64,000 bases of DNA from an uncultured Fibrobacterota bacterium (GTDB lineage: Bacteria > Fibrobacterota > Chitinivibrionia > Chitinivibrionales > FEN-1185). A program made the translations under genes and the position numbers. Below, piece by piece: positions 46,956 to 56,134 of the stretch. The DNA is taken from NCBI GenBank assembly GCA_963729895.1, contig CAVSQB010000003.1, forward strand, positions 147,868 to 211,867. Direction: 5' to 3'. The notes beneath the pieces are model-generated. The model searched no databases. It was not told where the DNA came from and saw nothing but the letters and a program-made list of their open reading frames with translations. The number at the start of each line of letters is the position of its first letter. Position 1 is the stretch's first letter.

Positions 46956-47073
46956 TTGCTGAGCGGGTGCAGCGTGGATGTACCCGTTGCAATATCGAGA
47001 TAAGGATATGGGCGCCCCGCTCCGGCAGAGACGTAGCGCCACGTCTCTGCCGGGGCGGCGGCTCTCCCTCTGG
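46956..47073. repeat. Partial copy of MITE-like family A
   Basis: 118 bp identical to the reverse complement of 14422-14539. Confidence 0.9.
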
Positions 47074-47355
47074 AATAGGTCAATCGTAATGCCCCCTACC
47101 AGGGGCTTGGGGAAATCAGTCCCTTGGCCCCAGTGCCGCAGTGCGTTCACGAATACAGCACCGTACGCATCGGTGGCCGTCACACTTAATGCCGTATATT
47201 TTCAGGCAGTCCTGGCGCTTGTTGTCGGGGCAGACAGCCGGTATCTCTTGACCGCATGCCTCACACGTTATCTGTTGCATACGGTTCTCCTCTCCTATTA
47301 ATCATACGCTAAATTGTTCTCAAAAGGCACACAATTATAGTTTATATTGACCAGC

Positions 47356-47682
47356 ATGGCAAACGAACTCGAAACATTAATCAATGAACACATGGCCGAG
47401 TATCCTGACACCGAAAATCCACTGGCCGTCCCGCCGCGGATGAGACCCTCGGGAGGCATTCCACGTTCTTACCCCGCCTTCCGCTTGACTACATCGAATG
47501 GGCAGAAATCCTGTGTCGCTCGTGCCAGGAAAACTTTGGTGTTATTGAACCAAGGAGATACCTTGACAGTTGAAATCGGCAGTTGTGTGAAGCTCATTGA
47601 AAAATATGGGGTTACAGAGGGTGGGCAAGTAAGGTGGGATTCTAATAAGTCGAGACACTTTCAAGGATATGTTAAGGGATAA
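47356..47682 (+). CDS. Hypothetical protein
   Basis: 108-codon ORF followed by a hairpin; no motif recognised. Confidence 0.45.
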   Translation: MANELETLINEHMAEYPDTENPLAVPPRMRPSGGIPRSYPAFRLTTSNGQKSCVARARKTLVLLNQGDTLTVEIGSCVKLIEKYGVTEGGQVRWDSNKSRHFQGYVKG

Positions 47683-47706
47683 CTTCCTGGGTGCTTTTAC
47701 AGGAGA

Positions 47707-47746
47707 AAACCTGGGTGAAACCAGCATAGGTTTTCACCCAGGTTTT
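47707..47746. terminator. Hairpin between convergent ORFs
   Basis: AAAACCTGGGTGAAA..TTTCACCCAGGTTTT. Confidence 0.7.
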
Positions 47747-47750
47747 TACC

Positions 47751-48287
47751 TTACTCTTTCACCGAGGCGGTGAGGGCTGCCGAACTGTCGTCTTCTTTGC
47801 CTGCATCCGATACCTGCGTCGCCGGATTTGGTTCTGCCGTAGGCGTCCCGCGGCTAATTTTCCGCTGAAGTTGAGACTTCTTCAGCTTGGCCGGAATCCA
47901 CGGTGTTTCGGCCCTGGCATCAGCCTTCAGCAGCTCGCCGTTCTGTTTCAACTGGTACAAGGCGGTTCGAACCTTTTGCAGCGCCCCTTCTCCGTAGCGT
48001 TTGCGAAGCTGCTCCATGTCGTTTTGCCGTTCCAAATAATCATGAAGCGTGGCCGTCGTCATTGGTCCCTTGTTTTGAAACGCACGGCGCAGAATCTCGC
48101 ATACGCCAACTTCCTGCGGTTCAACAGTGGCAGAATTGACAACAGGCCGTTGAGCGCTGTCCTCAACTCTCGGCTCCTCCTCAGGGCATTCCGCCTCAAC
48201 TGCGGTGTTGTGTTTTGTAGCGGCAAGAATAAAATTGCCGATGCAAACCAGCAACTGTCGACCGAGATCGGTCATGTCGTTACTCAT
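47751..48287 (-). CDS. Hypothetical protein, possible winged-helix domain
   Basis: Strong AGGAGG RBS; EILRRAF..GPMTTATLHDYL..VRTALYQLKQNGEL resembles a winged HTH. Confidence 0.55.
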   Translation of the reverse strand: MSNDMTDLGRQLLVCIGNFILAATKHNTAVEAECPEEEPRVEDSAQRPVVNSATVEPQEVGVCEILRRAFQNKGPMTTATLHDYLERQNDMEQLRKRYGEGALQKVRTALYQLKQNGELLKADARAETPWIPAKLKKSQLQRKISRGTPTAEPNPATQVSDAGKEDDSSAALTASVKE

Positions 48288-48429
48288 GCAGTACCTCCTC
48301 TTGGATAAGGTTAATGTTCGGGACTGACATTGTTTGTCAACGTTATGCTGGAAATTTATTGCCGATCGGGGATCAACGGACAGTATAAAACAGGGCTGGA
48401 ATTGAAATTACCGAAACGTAATAGTATTA

Positions 48430-50072
48430 CCTGATTCCGTGAGATAAGGTTATTAAAAACAAATTGACGGCGTTGACAAGAACGAATATGGTTGCTAAGG
48501 CTTCTTGATAAGTTGTTGCCGGGGTGATTCCACTATGATTTGCGCTTCTGACCCCATGGTTGACAAATACACTCAACGTGTCGGTGGCGACGTTTGTTTG
48601 GTTACGGGTCTATTTCCGTTTATTGCTCTCCTTAGGTCAGCCATCCGTGGCGAACGCCAGATACGTTTGCGTCCACGCTATGCGGAGTTGATTCCGCCGC
48701 GACAGGGCAAGCATCAACCGGCGGGCATGCGTTATCACGCGTGCTGCTATGTACATAAGATCCTGAATGACCTTCCGCAATCTCCGGCGTGCAACTTTCT
48801 TACGCGGCACGTACCCCTTGTCGATTCCAACTTGGCCGCAGAGCCGCAGCATGTTGAACGCAAGAACCGCCAACGTCAACACCAATGCGTTGGTCGTGAA
48901 CTTCCCGCTGGGAAGCCGCTCCAGCGCCATATCACTCTTCAGCTCCGAGTGAAACTGCTCGCTGGTGCCATGATCCCGGTACGCTGCAATAACGTCGTCC
49001 GGGCCGGCGTTGCGTCTGCTCAGGCTCGTCCACCACGTGTGAACCTCTACATCCGGCAGCAGCAAGGCGTTTCCGTCGCGGTCGATTGTCCGTTCGATCA
49101 CCTCGAACACAACGCGCATGTTTTCGCCGTTTCTTTCCCGTATTGTCTCACCAACGTACACGGTCTTGCCTTCACGAGGATGACGCCAGTCACCGAGCGC
49201 TTGAGCATCCACGAGCCATTCGTCAATAGATTCCCTGCGTATGTTCCGTTTGATTATGTAATCGACCTTTTCCTTGCGGCAGACTCGCATGTTTTCAATA
49301 TCGTCATGTCCGGCATCAAGACGCACAAGGATCGAACGATCCGTTATTTTTCGAGCAAGGGCTATGGTCTTGCGCAGAAACTCCGGAGTTCCTTCCTGGC
49401 AATGTTGTTTCCCTTCGCGCAACTCCGCGTTCAGCAGGTAGCCTTCCACGCCTATGTAGGCAAGCATCGGAGAATATCCCTCGAACAACTTGTACGTGCA
49501 GCTTACGCCTTCCTTATGAGAACCACTGTTGTCAAAAGGAGATACGTCAGCGTCAATCGGAATATACGGTCCAAAGCAGGCGGTGAGCCGTGGCGCTGCT
49601 TTTTTCAACAGGGACGCCGAAGCGGAAAGGACTGCGTTTTGAACGGTCAGGCCCGTTTCGTCCATTCGCTGCCGCAGTGTAGCCTCGGAAGGAACCGCTT
49701 TCAATCCAAGCATCTCCTGAAAATAGTCGTCTTCACGAAACTGCTCGACCCCGTCAAAGTCTGGTTTGGCAAGACACAAAAGCCCCGTCATGGTCAGCAG
49801 CGCGTCCGCGGTGCTTATACTCCCGCTCTTCTTGTCCGGAGTAACCTGCGAAACACGCTCGCGCAAACCGGATCGCTCCGCAAGCATCCCGATCATTGCC
49901 ATTCCACCATGGCTGGTCAGAAACTCGTCCGTCTCCGTGATTATCAACTTTCTCGGCTTTGGCATGACACCTTCCGGGTGAATAATGTGAACTGCCATTT
50001 AGTCAAGCACCATTCACCCTTAATCTACACGAAAAATCATCAAAATGCCAAAGTTTTTCTCACGGATTTAGG
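48430..50072 (-). mobile_element. IS1380-family insertion sequence
   Basis: TIRs CCTGATTCCGTGAGATAA and CCTAAATCCGTGAGAAAA. Flanks ATTA and TTTA are not a perfect TSD. Confidence 0.85.
48637..49998 (-). CDS. IS1380 transposase
   Basis: LTSHGG, PSEATLRQR, IDAD, LREGKQH, VRLDAG and YRDHGTSEQFHSELK. Confidence 0.92.
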   Translation of the reverse strand: MAVHIIHPEGVMPKPRKLIITETDEFLTSHGGMAMIGMLAERSGLRERVSQVTPDKKSGSISTADALLTMTGLLCLAKPDFDGVEQFREDDYFQEMLGLKAVPSEATLRQRMDETGLTVQNAVLSASASLLKKAAPRLTACFGPYIPIDADVSPFDNSGSHKEGVSCTYKLFEGYSPMLAYIGVEGYLLNAELREGKQHCQEGTPEFLRKTIALARKITDRSILVRLDAGHDDIENMRVCRKEKVDYIIKRNIRRESIDEWLVDAQALGDWRHPREGKTVYVGETIRERNGENMRVVFEVIERTIDRDGNALLLPDVEVHTWWTSLSRRNAGPDDVIAAYRDHGTSEQFHSELKSDMALERLPSGKFTTNALVLTLAVLAFNMLRLCGQVGIDKGYVPRKKVARRRLRKVIQDLMYIAARVITHARRLMLALSRRNQLRIAWTQTYLAFATDG

Positions 50073-50254
50073 TTTAAAATAACTCGGAAAACTCCCTTCT
50101 CAAATGAGCAAGTTTTCGGGGGTATAGCCACTATGAATGCACGCTTATATAATAGGCTTTGTGTGTCCGTTCAGGCTTCCCCGCCCACACATCCCGCGAA
50201 CTATGAGCGGTTGCCTTTCGGCAACTTGCGCTTGTTGCGCCCACCAATTCTGGC

Positions 50255-50473
50255 TTAATTCAGAGAGTCGTCTTTCGGAAGGTCCTTCATCGGGTTGATC
50301 GGCTTGCGGTTCTGGGGCTGCTGCAGGGGTTGGCTCTGTCTTTGGAGCGGCGGGAGTTCTCCCCTCGCTATCATCAGGTCTCGCAGGTAGGGGTATGTCT
50401 TCCCCGTCCTCTCGTCTTTAAACTTCGCTCGGATTTTCTGGTTCATTTCGGTATCCCTTTGTGAGACCGGCAT
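50255..50473 (-). CDS. Small hypothetical protein
   Basis: Short ORF downstream of the ORF6N gene; start uncertain. Confidence 0.35.
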   Translation of the reverse strand: MPVSQRDTEMNQKIRAKFKDERTGKTYPYLRDLMIARGELPPLQRQSQPLQQPQNRKPINPMKDLPKDDSLN

Positions 50474-50597
50474 CCATCAAGTCCTGCTTGACGTCCCGAC
50501 CTTTCCCCTCCCTTGTATACTATACGCTTTTTTGAAATAAATCAATGCCTAATTTGAAGAATCTTTAACGCACCTTCGCACGCGCCAATTTCACCAG

Positions 50598-51152
50598 TTA
50601 TTTCTTCCCCTTGCCGAACCCCATCTTTTTCGCATCATCCGGGGAATATTCCTTCACTGGTGCAATCTGCGGCGCCGGTTTCGGCTGTAAGAGGGCTTTC
50701 AGCGCGTCAAAGGCAATCTGTATCTGCCGGTCATGGACATTCAGCCGCTTTTCGATATTCACAATGGCTTTCCGCACCGCCGAATTATCCGCCACAAGGT
50801 TTCGTATCCGCACAAAGGCGCGCATGATTTGAATATTCACCAGAACGGCGCGCTTGGAATTAAGGACGCCCGAAAGCATGGCGACACCGTAGTCGGTGAA
50901 AGCATAGGGCAATTTCCGTATGCCGCCCCATCTTGATGTTCCAAATTGGAATATCAAGTTTTTCAATTCATCGCGGGTCAATTGGAACATAAAATCATCG
51001 GGAAAGCGGGCAATATTTCTTTGTACCGCTTTATTAAAATTACCAGTGGTGACACCATAAAGGGCCGCAAGGTCGTGGTCGATCATGACCTTTTTTCCGC
51101 GTAGAAGATGAATTCTGTTTTCGATTGTTTCCTGTGGTACTATGTCAGGCAT
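50598..51152 (-). CDS. ORF6N-domain (phage antirepressor-like) DNA-binding protein
   Basis: IHLLRGKKVMIDHDLAALYGV..AVQRNIARFPDDFMFQL..LPYAFTDYGVAMLSGVLNS; GGAG RBS before ATG 51152. Confidence 0.9.
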   Translation of the reverse strand: MPDIVPQETIENRIHLLRGKKVMIDHDLAALYGVTTGNFNKAVQRNIARFPDDFMFQLTRDELKNLIFQFGTSRWGGIRKLPYAFTDYGVAMLSGVLNSKRAVLVNIQIMRAFVRIRNLVADNSAVRKAIVNIEKRLNVHDRQIQIAFDALKALLQPKPAPQIAPVKEYSPDDAKKMGFGKGKK

Positions 51153-51522
51153 GGCTTCTCCTTTCAAAAGAAGAATATATAACCTTCACATTTGTTTTCC
51201 AAATTCCGGCTGCTGTGTATCACGGAACACCCCCGCGCCGTTCCGCATTTCTACGCGCTCCGCTCACATATTCCAGCACATTCTACGCGGTCAATCAACC
51301 AATACGCGCGCGTAATATAGCGACCTCACCAAACGCACAGAAACGGGCCTGCAATCGTTGCGGGGTTCCCCGCGTCCTGGTAGTGGTCCCGGCAGCCGAT
51401 CCGTTGCCCCGCACGCTTGCGTTGTAGCAGTAAACCAGATTTCCCTTGCCCTGTTCTTCCGTTTCGTGTCCGGTTTGTCGATGGGTTCGTGAGGTAAAAA
51501 GTGAGCATCCGGTTTTGTGAAA

Positions 51523-51552
51523 GCTTCACAGACGCTTCACACTCGCTTCACA
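51523..51552. repeat. Three GCTTCACA direct repeats at 11-bp spacing
   Basis: Copies start at 51523, 51534 and 51545. Confidence 0.8.
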
Positions 51553-51681
51553 TTTACGGAGAAAAGGGGGGTAAAAGGTGGTATTTCGGGGTTTTTCGAT
51601 TGTACGTGGACAAATGAGAGAACCCCTAAAGATGCCGTTTTTACTGCGGATTTCGGGGTTTTTCTTGTATTTTACCTTCTC

Positions 51682-51758
51682 GCGCCCTTAGCTCAACTGG
51701 ATAGAGCATCTGGCTTCGGACCAGAGGGTTGTGGGTTCGATTCCTGCAGGGCGCGCCA
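51682..51758 (+). tRNA. tRNA-Arg (anticodon TCG)
   Basis: Acceptor stem GCGCCCT/AGGGCGC, D-arm GCTC..GAGC, anticodon arm TCTGG-CTTCGGA-CCAGA, GTTCGATTC and encoded CCA. Confidence 0.97.
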
Positions 51759-51761
51759 ACA

Positions 51762-51821
51762 AGGCCCTTCGAAAGCCGCTGACTTCAAAAGAAATCGGCA
51801 CTTTTGAGGGGCCTTTTTGTT
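51762..51821 (+). terminator. Probable terminator after the tRNA
   Basis: AGGCCCTTC..GAGGGGCCT followed by TTTTGTTT. Confidence 0.55.
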
Positions 51822-52047
51822 TCCCTCGTTCATCCCGCAAAAAGCCTTGAAATGTCTCAAAAATACCGCTCTTCCCCTCTCGTGCAAAAACGAACCGCAG
51901 AATGAAAATCGCCTCTTTATAGTACACTGTAAAGACGGGAGGCAAAAAACAGGATATCGGGTGTATAGCTAGAGCGGACCGGTACACCGAATCTTTATGG
52001 GAGTTTCTCCATTATGATTCCTTTTGCATTACTCACCTGGCCCCTAT

Positions 52048-54204
52048 CTACTTCATTGCTTTAAGGCATTTTTCCAAAAACCTCCTGTCACGCGAAATTA
52101 AATCGTCGTTACTCACCGTAACAGGTTGGGGTTTTGAAAAAAGATACTCTTTTGTGAAATACGACCGAGTGTCCTTTTTTGGATTTGCGGCAACAATATC
52201 TTTTGTACTGTGCCTGTAGACGTAAACGGTTCCGCCCTGGTCCGCCACTCTTTCTTTTTCGGTAAACCAGACGTCATCAAGAACGGCCCCTTTCTCGACA
52301 TGTTCTAATTTGTAAACGCCACTGCATACCAAACGTACCGAAGGTCGAATTGCCCGAGGAGGGATTGTCGGCTGAACTACTTGCGGCTGGACGGTCGCCT
52401 TTATCGGCACAATCGAAGATTGGGTTACCATAATGGTGATTGCCGTAGTGAGTGATTTGCATTCCGGATTATATACCTCAATCTCAACACGATGTAAACC
52501 GGGCCTCAAATTCTGCCCTTTTGCCGAAAGTAATAATTTTTGTGGATACGCCATTATGAATTTCTTGTCAAGACTTGAAACCTTAAAGAATGGAAGAGTA
52601 TCCGTGGATATATGCGTGAGTGCATTCAACGAATCCAGAATGGCAAACTTCAAGTATCTCAAATCAATTCTTGCGGACTTGGATTGCTGTACCGTGTAGG
52701 TCTTTGTGTCTTCCCTTTTGATATAGAGCTTGCTCTTTGGAATTTGAATGGCGTTTGCCGTGTTCGAAATTGTTTCTTTCTTTTGAGAATTATCCGCGTA
52801 AAGACCCGCGGCATCAACTTTGTGAGAATGAAAAGCATAATGCAAATATCCTGCAATGAGCAGCGCAACCACCAAAGATATTGTCGTTGCAGCGACCGCC
52901 ATCCTTTTTAGGCGGGACATCCTTTCGCGCTTAATCTGCTCCTTCTTTTGCTTCAAATGAAGTTCCGTCATCTCATTGAGGATGTTCTTCCCTTTCTTCT
53001 CGCCGATCAAATCAAATATTCTTCCATAAAAATCAGAACCTTTCTTCTTCTCAAAAACCTTCAGCCGCCCGATCAATTCGTCGAGCTTGGGGCAATATAC
53101 CCTTTCTTCTGGTTTCTTGATAAAACCGAAGAAATCTCCAAGTATAGGCACATAGTTATGTCTCCCACCGTTCTTTGCATACCAACCGGTATTATCTCTT
53201 GTTGCGAACGGAAAGACATATTTCTTCTTGTCTTTCTTCTCCAAAGATCCGAGATAATCCGTCAAGCCAAACATTTCCTCGAGAGACTTCTTGTCAAGCA
53301 CCGTGACTAGATACTCTTCCAATTTATTCTTTGACACACGCTCCAAGAAATAAGTTCCGCACGACGTGGCACTCGAGACAAGGGCGGAAGACAATTTCGG
53401 GAAAACGGCGGCATAATCCCTTGCCTTTCCCTTATTGAAACTGATCGTATGAAAAGGGCGGAAGCATTTGCCAATCGAATCGGGTGCGGTTCTCAGCGAT
53501 TGCCCTAAAACACGTCGTTCCTCGTCGGTTAGTGTGTACTCTTTAAGGAACTCCGGTTTCCTTCCTGTAAATATCTGATAGATGATGAGAGCGGTCTCAA
53601 AAACGTCGATGGATTCTCTATCGTACCTTGTTTTGGGAAAAGAGCCCTGTATATTTTTGCCGAGTTCAACCAGTTCTTCGGGAAGGAAATCCCTTACCGA
53701 GGATGGAATGCTGTTGAAGTAATTCGTTAAGATAATAAGGTCCCTGTCGCTCACCAGGACCCTTTCGAGGGACAACCCGTTGTGGACATCCGACGAGATA
53801 TGGATTTTTCTTACTTCGCAGCTGACATCGAGCGCAAGAAAGCCCTTTTCCTGAATGGTAAAAGAGCATTTGGAAAGAACGTCCTTTAATGTTGCGTTGG
53901 GAGAAATACTAACAATGTATATCCTGTGGGAGTCGTCATAATAGAAGGAGTTGAAAGCGATATTCCGCAATTCTTTTGCTTTGTCTCTTTTGGACAATAC
54001 CGTCCTTAAAATATTGCCCAGACTTTGCTCCGAATCGTACGTTCCGGTTTCTATGACGACGTCCTGGCTTTCCTTGCCGAAACCCCTTTTTCCCATGTAA
54101 ACTTCATCCGGAACAATCTCCGTGGTGACCAGGGTGCTCACCGTGCTGTCGGCCGGCGTTATGCCTTTTTGTACTGTTGCAATTCCGGAACCGGCATCAG
54201 TCAT
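52048..54204 (-). CDS. Single-pass membrane protein with an N-terminal pseudokinase domain
   Basis: Degenerate kinase motifs in order: VVIET, VHNGLSLERVLV, LTNYF, IDVFETALIIYQIFTGRKP. TM segment AVAATTISLVVALLIAGYL. 8-nt overlap with the kinase gene. Confidence 0.7.
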   Translation of the reverse strand: MTDAGSGIATVQKGITPADSTVSTLVTTEIVPDEVYMGKRGFGKESQDVVIETGTYDSEQSLGNILRTVLSKRDKAKELRNIAFNSFYYDDSHRIYIVSISPNATLKDVLSKCSFTIQEKGFLALDVSCEVRKIHISSDVHNGLSLERVLVSDRDLIILTNYFNSIPSSVRDFLPEELVELGKNIQGSFPKTRYDRESIDVFETALIIYQIFTGRKPEFLKEYTLTDEERRVLGQSLRTAPDSIGKCFRPFHTISFNKGKARDYAAVFPKLSSALVSSATSCGTYFLERVSKNKLEEYLVTVLDKKSLEEMFGLTDYLGSLEKKDKKKYVFPFATRDNTGWYAKNGGRHNYVPILGDFFGFIKKPEERVYCPKLDELIGRLKVFEKKKGSDFYGRIFDLIGEKKGKNILNEMTELHLKQKKEQIKRERMSRLKRMAVAATTISLVVALLIAGYLHYAFHSHKVDAAGLYADNSQKKETISNTANAIQIPKSKLYIKREDTKTYTVQQSKSARIDLRYLKFAILDSLNALTHISTDTLPFFKVSSLDKKFIMAYPQKLLLSAKGQNLRPGLHRVEIEVYNPECKSLTTAITIMVTQSSIVPIKATVQPQVVQPTIPPRAIRPSVRLVCSGVYKLEHVEKGAVLDDVWFTEKERVADQGGTVYVYRHSTKDIVAANPKKDTRSYFTKEYLFSKPQPVTVSNDDLISRDRRFLEKCLKAMK

Positions 54205-55777
54205 AGTCGGCCACTCCCAGCCTCGCATCGAGACTCATGAGTCTCGATTCCAATTCTTCCGCCTTATTTCTATAGCGAGGATAAATTTTTCTGATACCGG
54301 AATATATCTGATGAAAGAAATTCAATTGGGATGTGTGGACGGCCATGTCGGCGATCTTGTCCGTTTTGAACATGCCGCCTAAACGATTTTCGATACTGGA
54401 CAAAAGCTCTTCAACGGACTCGTTTTCTTTTCCCCCTATCTTGCATAACGACAAAATGAGCTGGGTCAGTCTTCTTCCCCCTTTTTCATTAAACATTTTA
54501 TCAAACAACGTTCCGTCGCCAAAACGGTCCGCGTATCGCCTGCAGCGCTCGGAGCAGATGTTTTGAGTCCTCCTGTAGAGGTTCTGGACGACTTCTTCTG
54601 GGGTAGGCTGTCTTCCTAACTCCCGCCGCAACCTTCCTTGGTGACTCTCGAAAATAGCCTCATAATAACTTTTTAGCGTCAACACTTCCGCAATATCTTC
54701 CACCCCGCTCTGCCAGGAACGCTCAATGATCCTGTTAAAAAGTTTTTCATTGGAAGAGGTGAGCTCCATCAGCCCTTTTGAACTGTTGAGTCCCGCACCG
54801 GATCTGTTTATGTAAAGATCTTTCGCATCCGATTGAATTAATTTGACCGCGAAATTCGCCGAAGTTATTGTTTTGCTCTCGAAGTAGCTTTGTCCTGTCA
54901 ACTCCGTGAAGAGAACCGGACCGTTGAGAGAAGAGATGTCCGCCTGTTCCGGAACTATTTCAATGTAGTAACGAGCGGGAGCATTCATCGTCCAGTCTTT
55001 GTCTTCGCTCACCCTGTATTTTCTATAATTCAAGATGCAATACTTTTCATTTGCTTCTTCGAAAATCGCGGTTATAACCGGATCTATATCGATGCGGGGA
55101 CGATCGAGATTCAATTTGCTGGTATAGTACGGCGTACCGATAAACGTGTCGTCCGCTTTGGTGAGCATCGATCTTCCGCTCAGGCTTTGAATGTGGGAAA
55201 CCCCGAAATCGGTGAGCACCACAATGCCGTTTATGTCCACCAGGATGTTGTCCGGTTTTATGTCGCGGTGAACGATGTCGTGTTTGTGTGCAACATCCAG
55301 AGCATCGTGCATCTGAATCTGGATGGCGCAAACCTCCTCCGGAAAAAGACCTTCTTCGTGAACATTAATGGTATCAGCCAGACTCTGACCGCGTATGTAT
55401 TCCATCACGAAGTACAACTGATTCTTTTGCGTTGTTCCGGAATCATAAAGCTGTATAATGTTTTTGCAGTAAGGAAGCTTGGCCATTGTTTCGGCTTCTC
55501 TGAGAAACCTTCCGATGCGTTCTTTTCTAAAATTGCTCTCGTCGAGCGGATCGCTGCAGTTCCCAAGCTGCTTTACCACGTCGTCGTTACCCAGGAACTT
55601 AACGATTGCCTTGAAATCCGGAATGAGCTTGTGTTTTGCGATATAGAGCCTGCTCATCCCTCCCTCTGCAAAATACCCTTCAGGTATCCACGTATCATAA
55701 GAAACCAGGGAGGTTCCTAGTATGGAAGAGTCCTCTATCCTGAATTCCACGGTATTGGTATCTATTGCTGATGACAT
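54197..55777 (-). CDS. Hanks-type Ser/Thr protein kinase (no TM seen)
   Basis: EGGMSRLY, AIVK, RFLREA, YFVMEY, HRDIKPDNIL, TDFG and GTPYY; start placed at ATG 55777. Confidence 0.9.
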   Translation of the reverse strand: MSSAIDTNTVEFRIEDSSILGTSLVSYDTWIPEGYFAEGGMSRLYIAKHKLIPDFKAIVKFLGNDDVVKQLGNCSDPLDESNFRKERIGRFLREAETMAKLPYCKNIIQLYDSGTTQKNQLYFVMEYIRGQSLADTINVHEEGLFPEEVCAIQIQMHDALDVAHKHDIVHRDIKPDNILVDINGIVVLTDFGVSHIQSLSGRSMLTKADDTFIGTPYYTSKLNLDRPRIDIDPVITAIFEEANEKYCILNYRKYRVSEDKDWTMNAPARYYIEIVPEQADISSLNGPVLFTELTGQSYFESKTITSANFAVKLIQSDAKDLYINRSGAGLNSSKGLMELTSSNEKLFNRIIERSWQSGVEDIAEVLTLKSYYEAIFESHQGRLRRELGRQPTPEEVVQNLYRRTQNICSERCRRYADRFGDGTLFDKMFNEKGGRRLTQLILSLCKIGGKENESVEELLSSIENRLGGMFKTDKIADMAVHTSQLNFFHQIYSGIRKIYPRYRNKAEELESRLMSLDARLGVADYD

Positions 55778-55864
55778 GATTTCACTCAACCACCACTCGC
55801 GGATGATGATGTCACGCGCTTCCGCCCCACATGAAATTATACGGTCTCCACCGCATATAGTCAA

Positions 55865-55899
55865 ATTGAAGAACCCCTATGCAAGCTTCGAGGAAAAGG
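55865..55899. repeat. 35-bp dispersed repeat (family B)
   Basis: 33/35 identical to 23830-23864. Confidence 0.7.
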
Positions 55900-56134
55900 A
55901 AAGCGATATGAAAAAAAAGCGCGAAGCGCTCCTGACTCCAGTTGTGTCTTTTGCAGGGGCTTTTTGGTATTTCGCTCCGTGGTCCCGGCAAAGTTAAACC
56001 CTTGAAAAGATTCCTTCGGAAACGGCGTCCTGTACATTTGCCGCCGACTGTGTTATAATTGATCCGTGAAACCTGTGAAGAGCGCCGTGGGGATTCCCGC
56101 GGTTCCACGTGCTCGCAAGCCCGCATGGAGGATT

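Noticed and set aside
48505..50082. 525-aa plus-strand ORF
   Set aside because: Antisense shadow of the IS1380 transposase.
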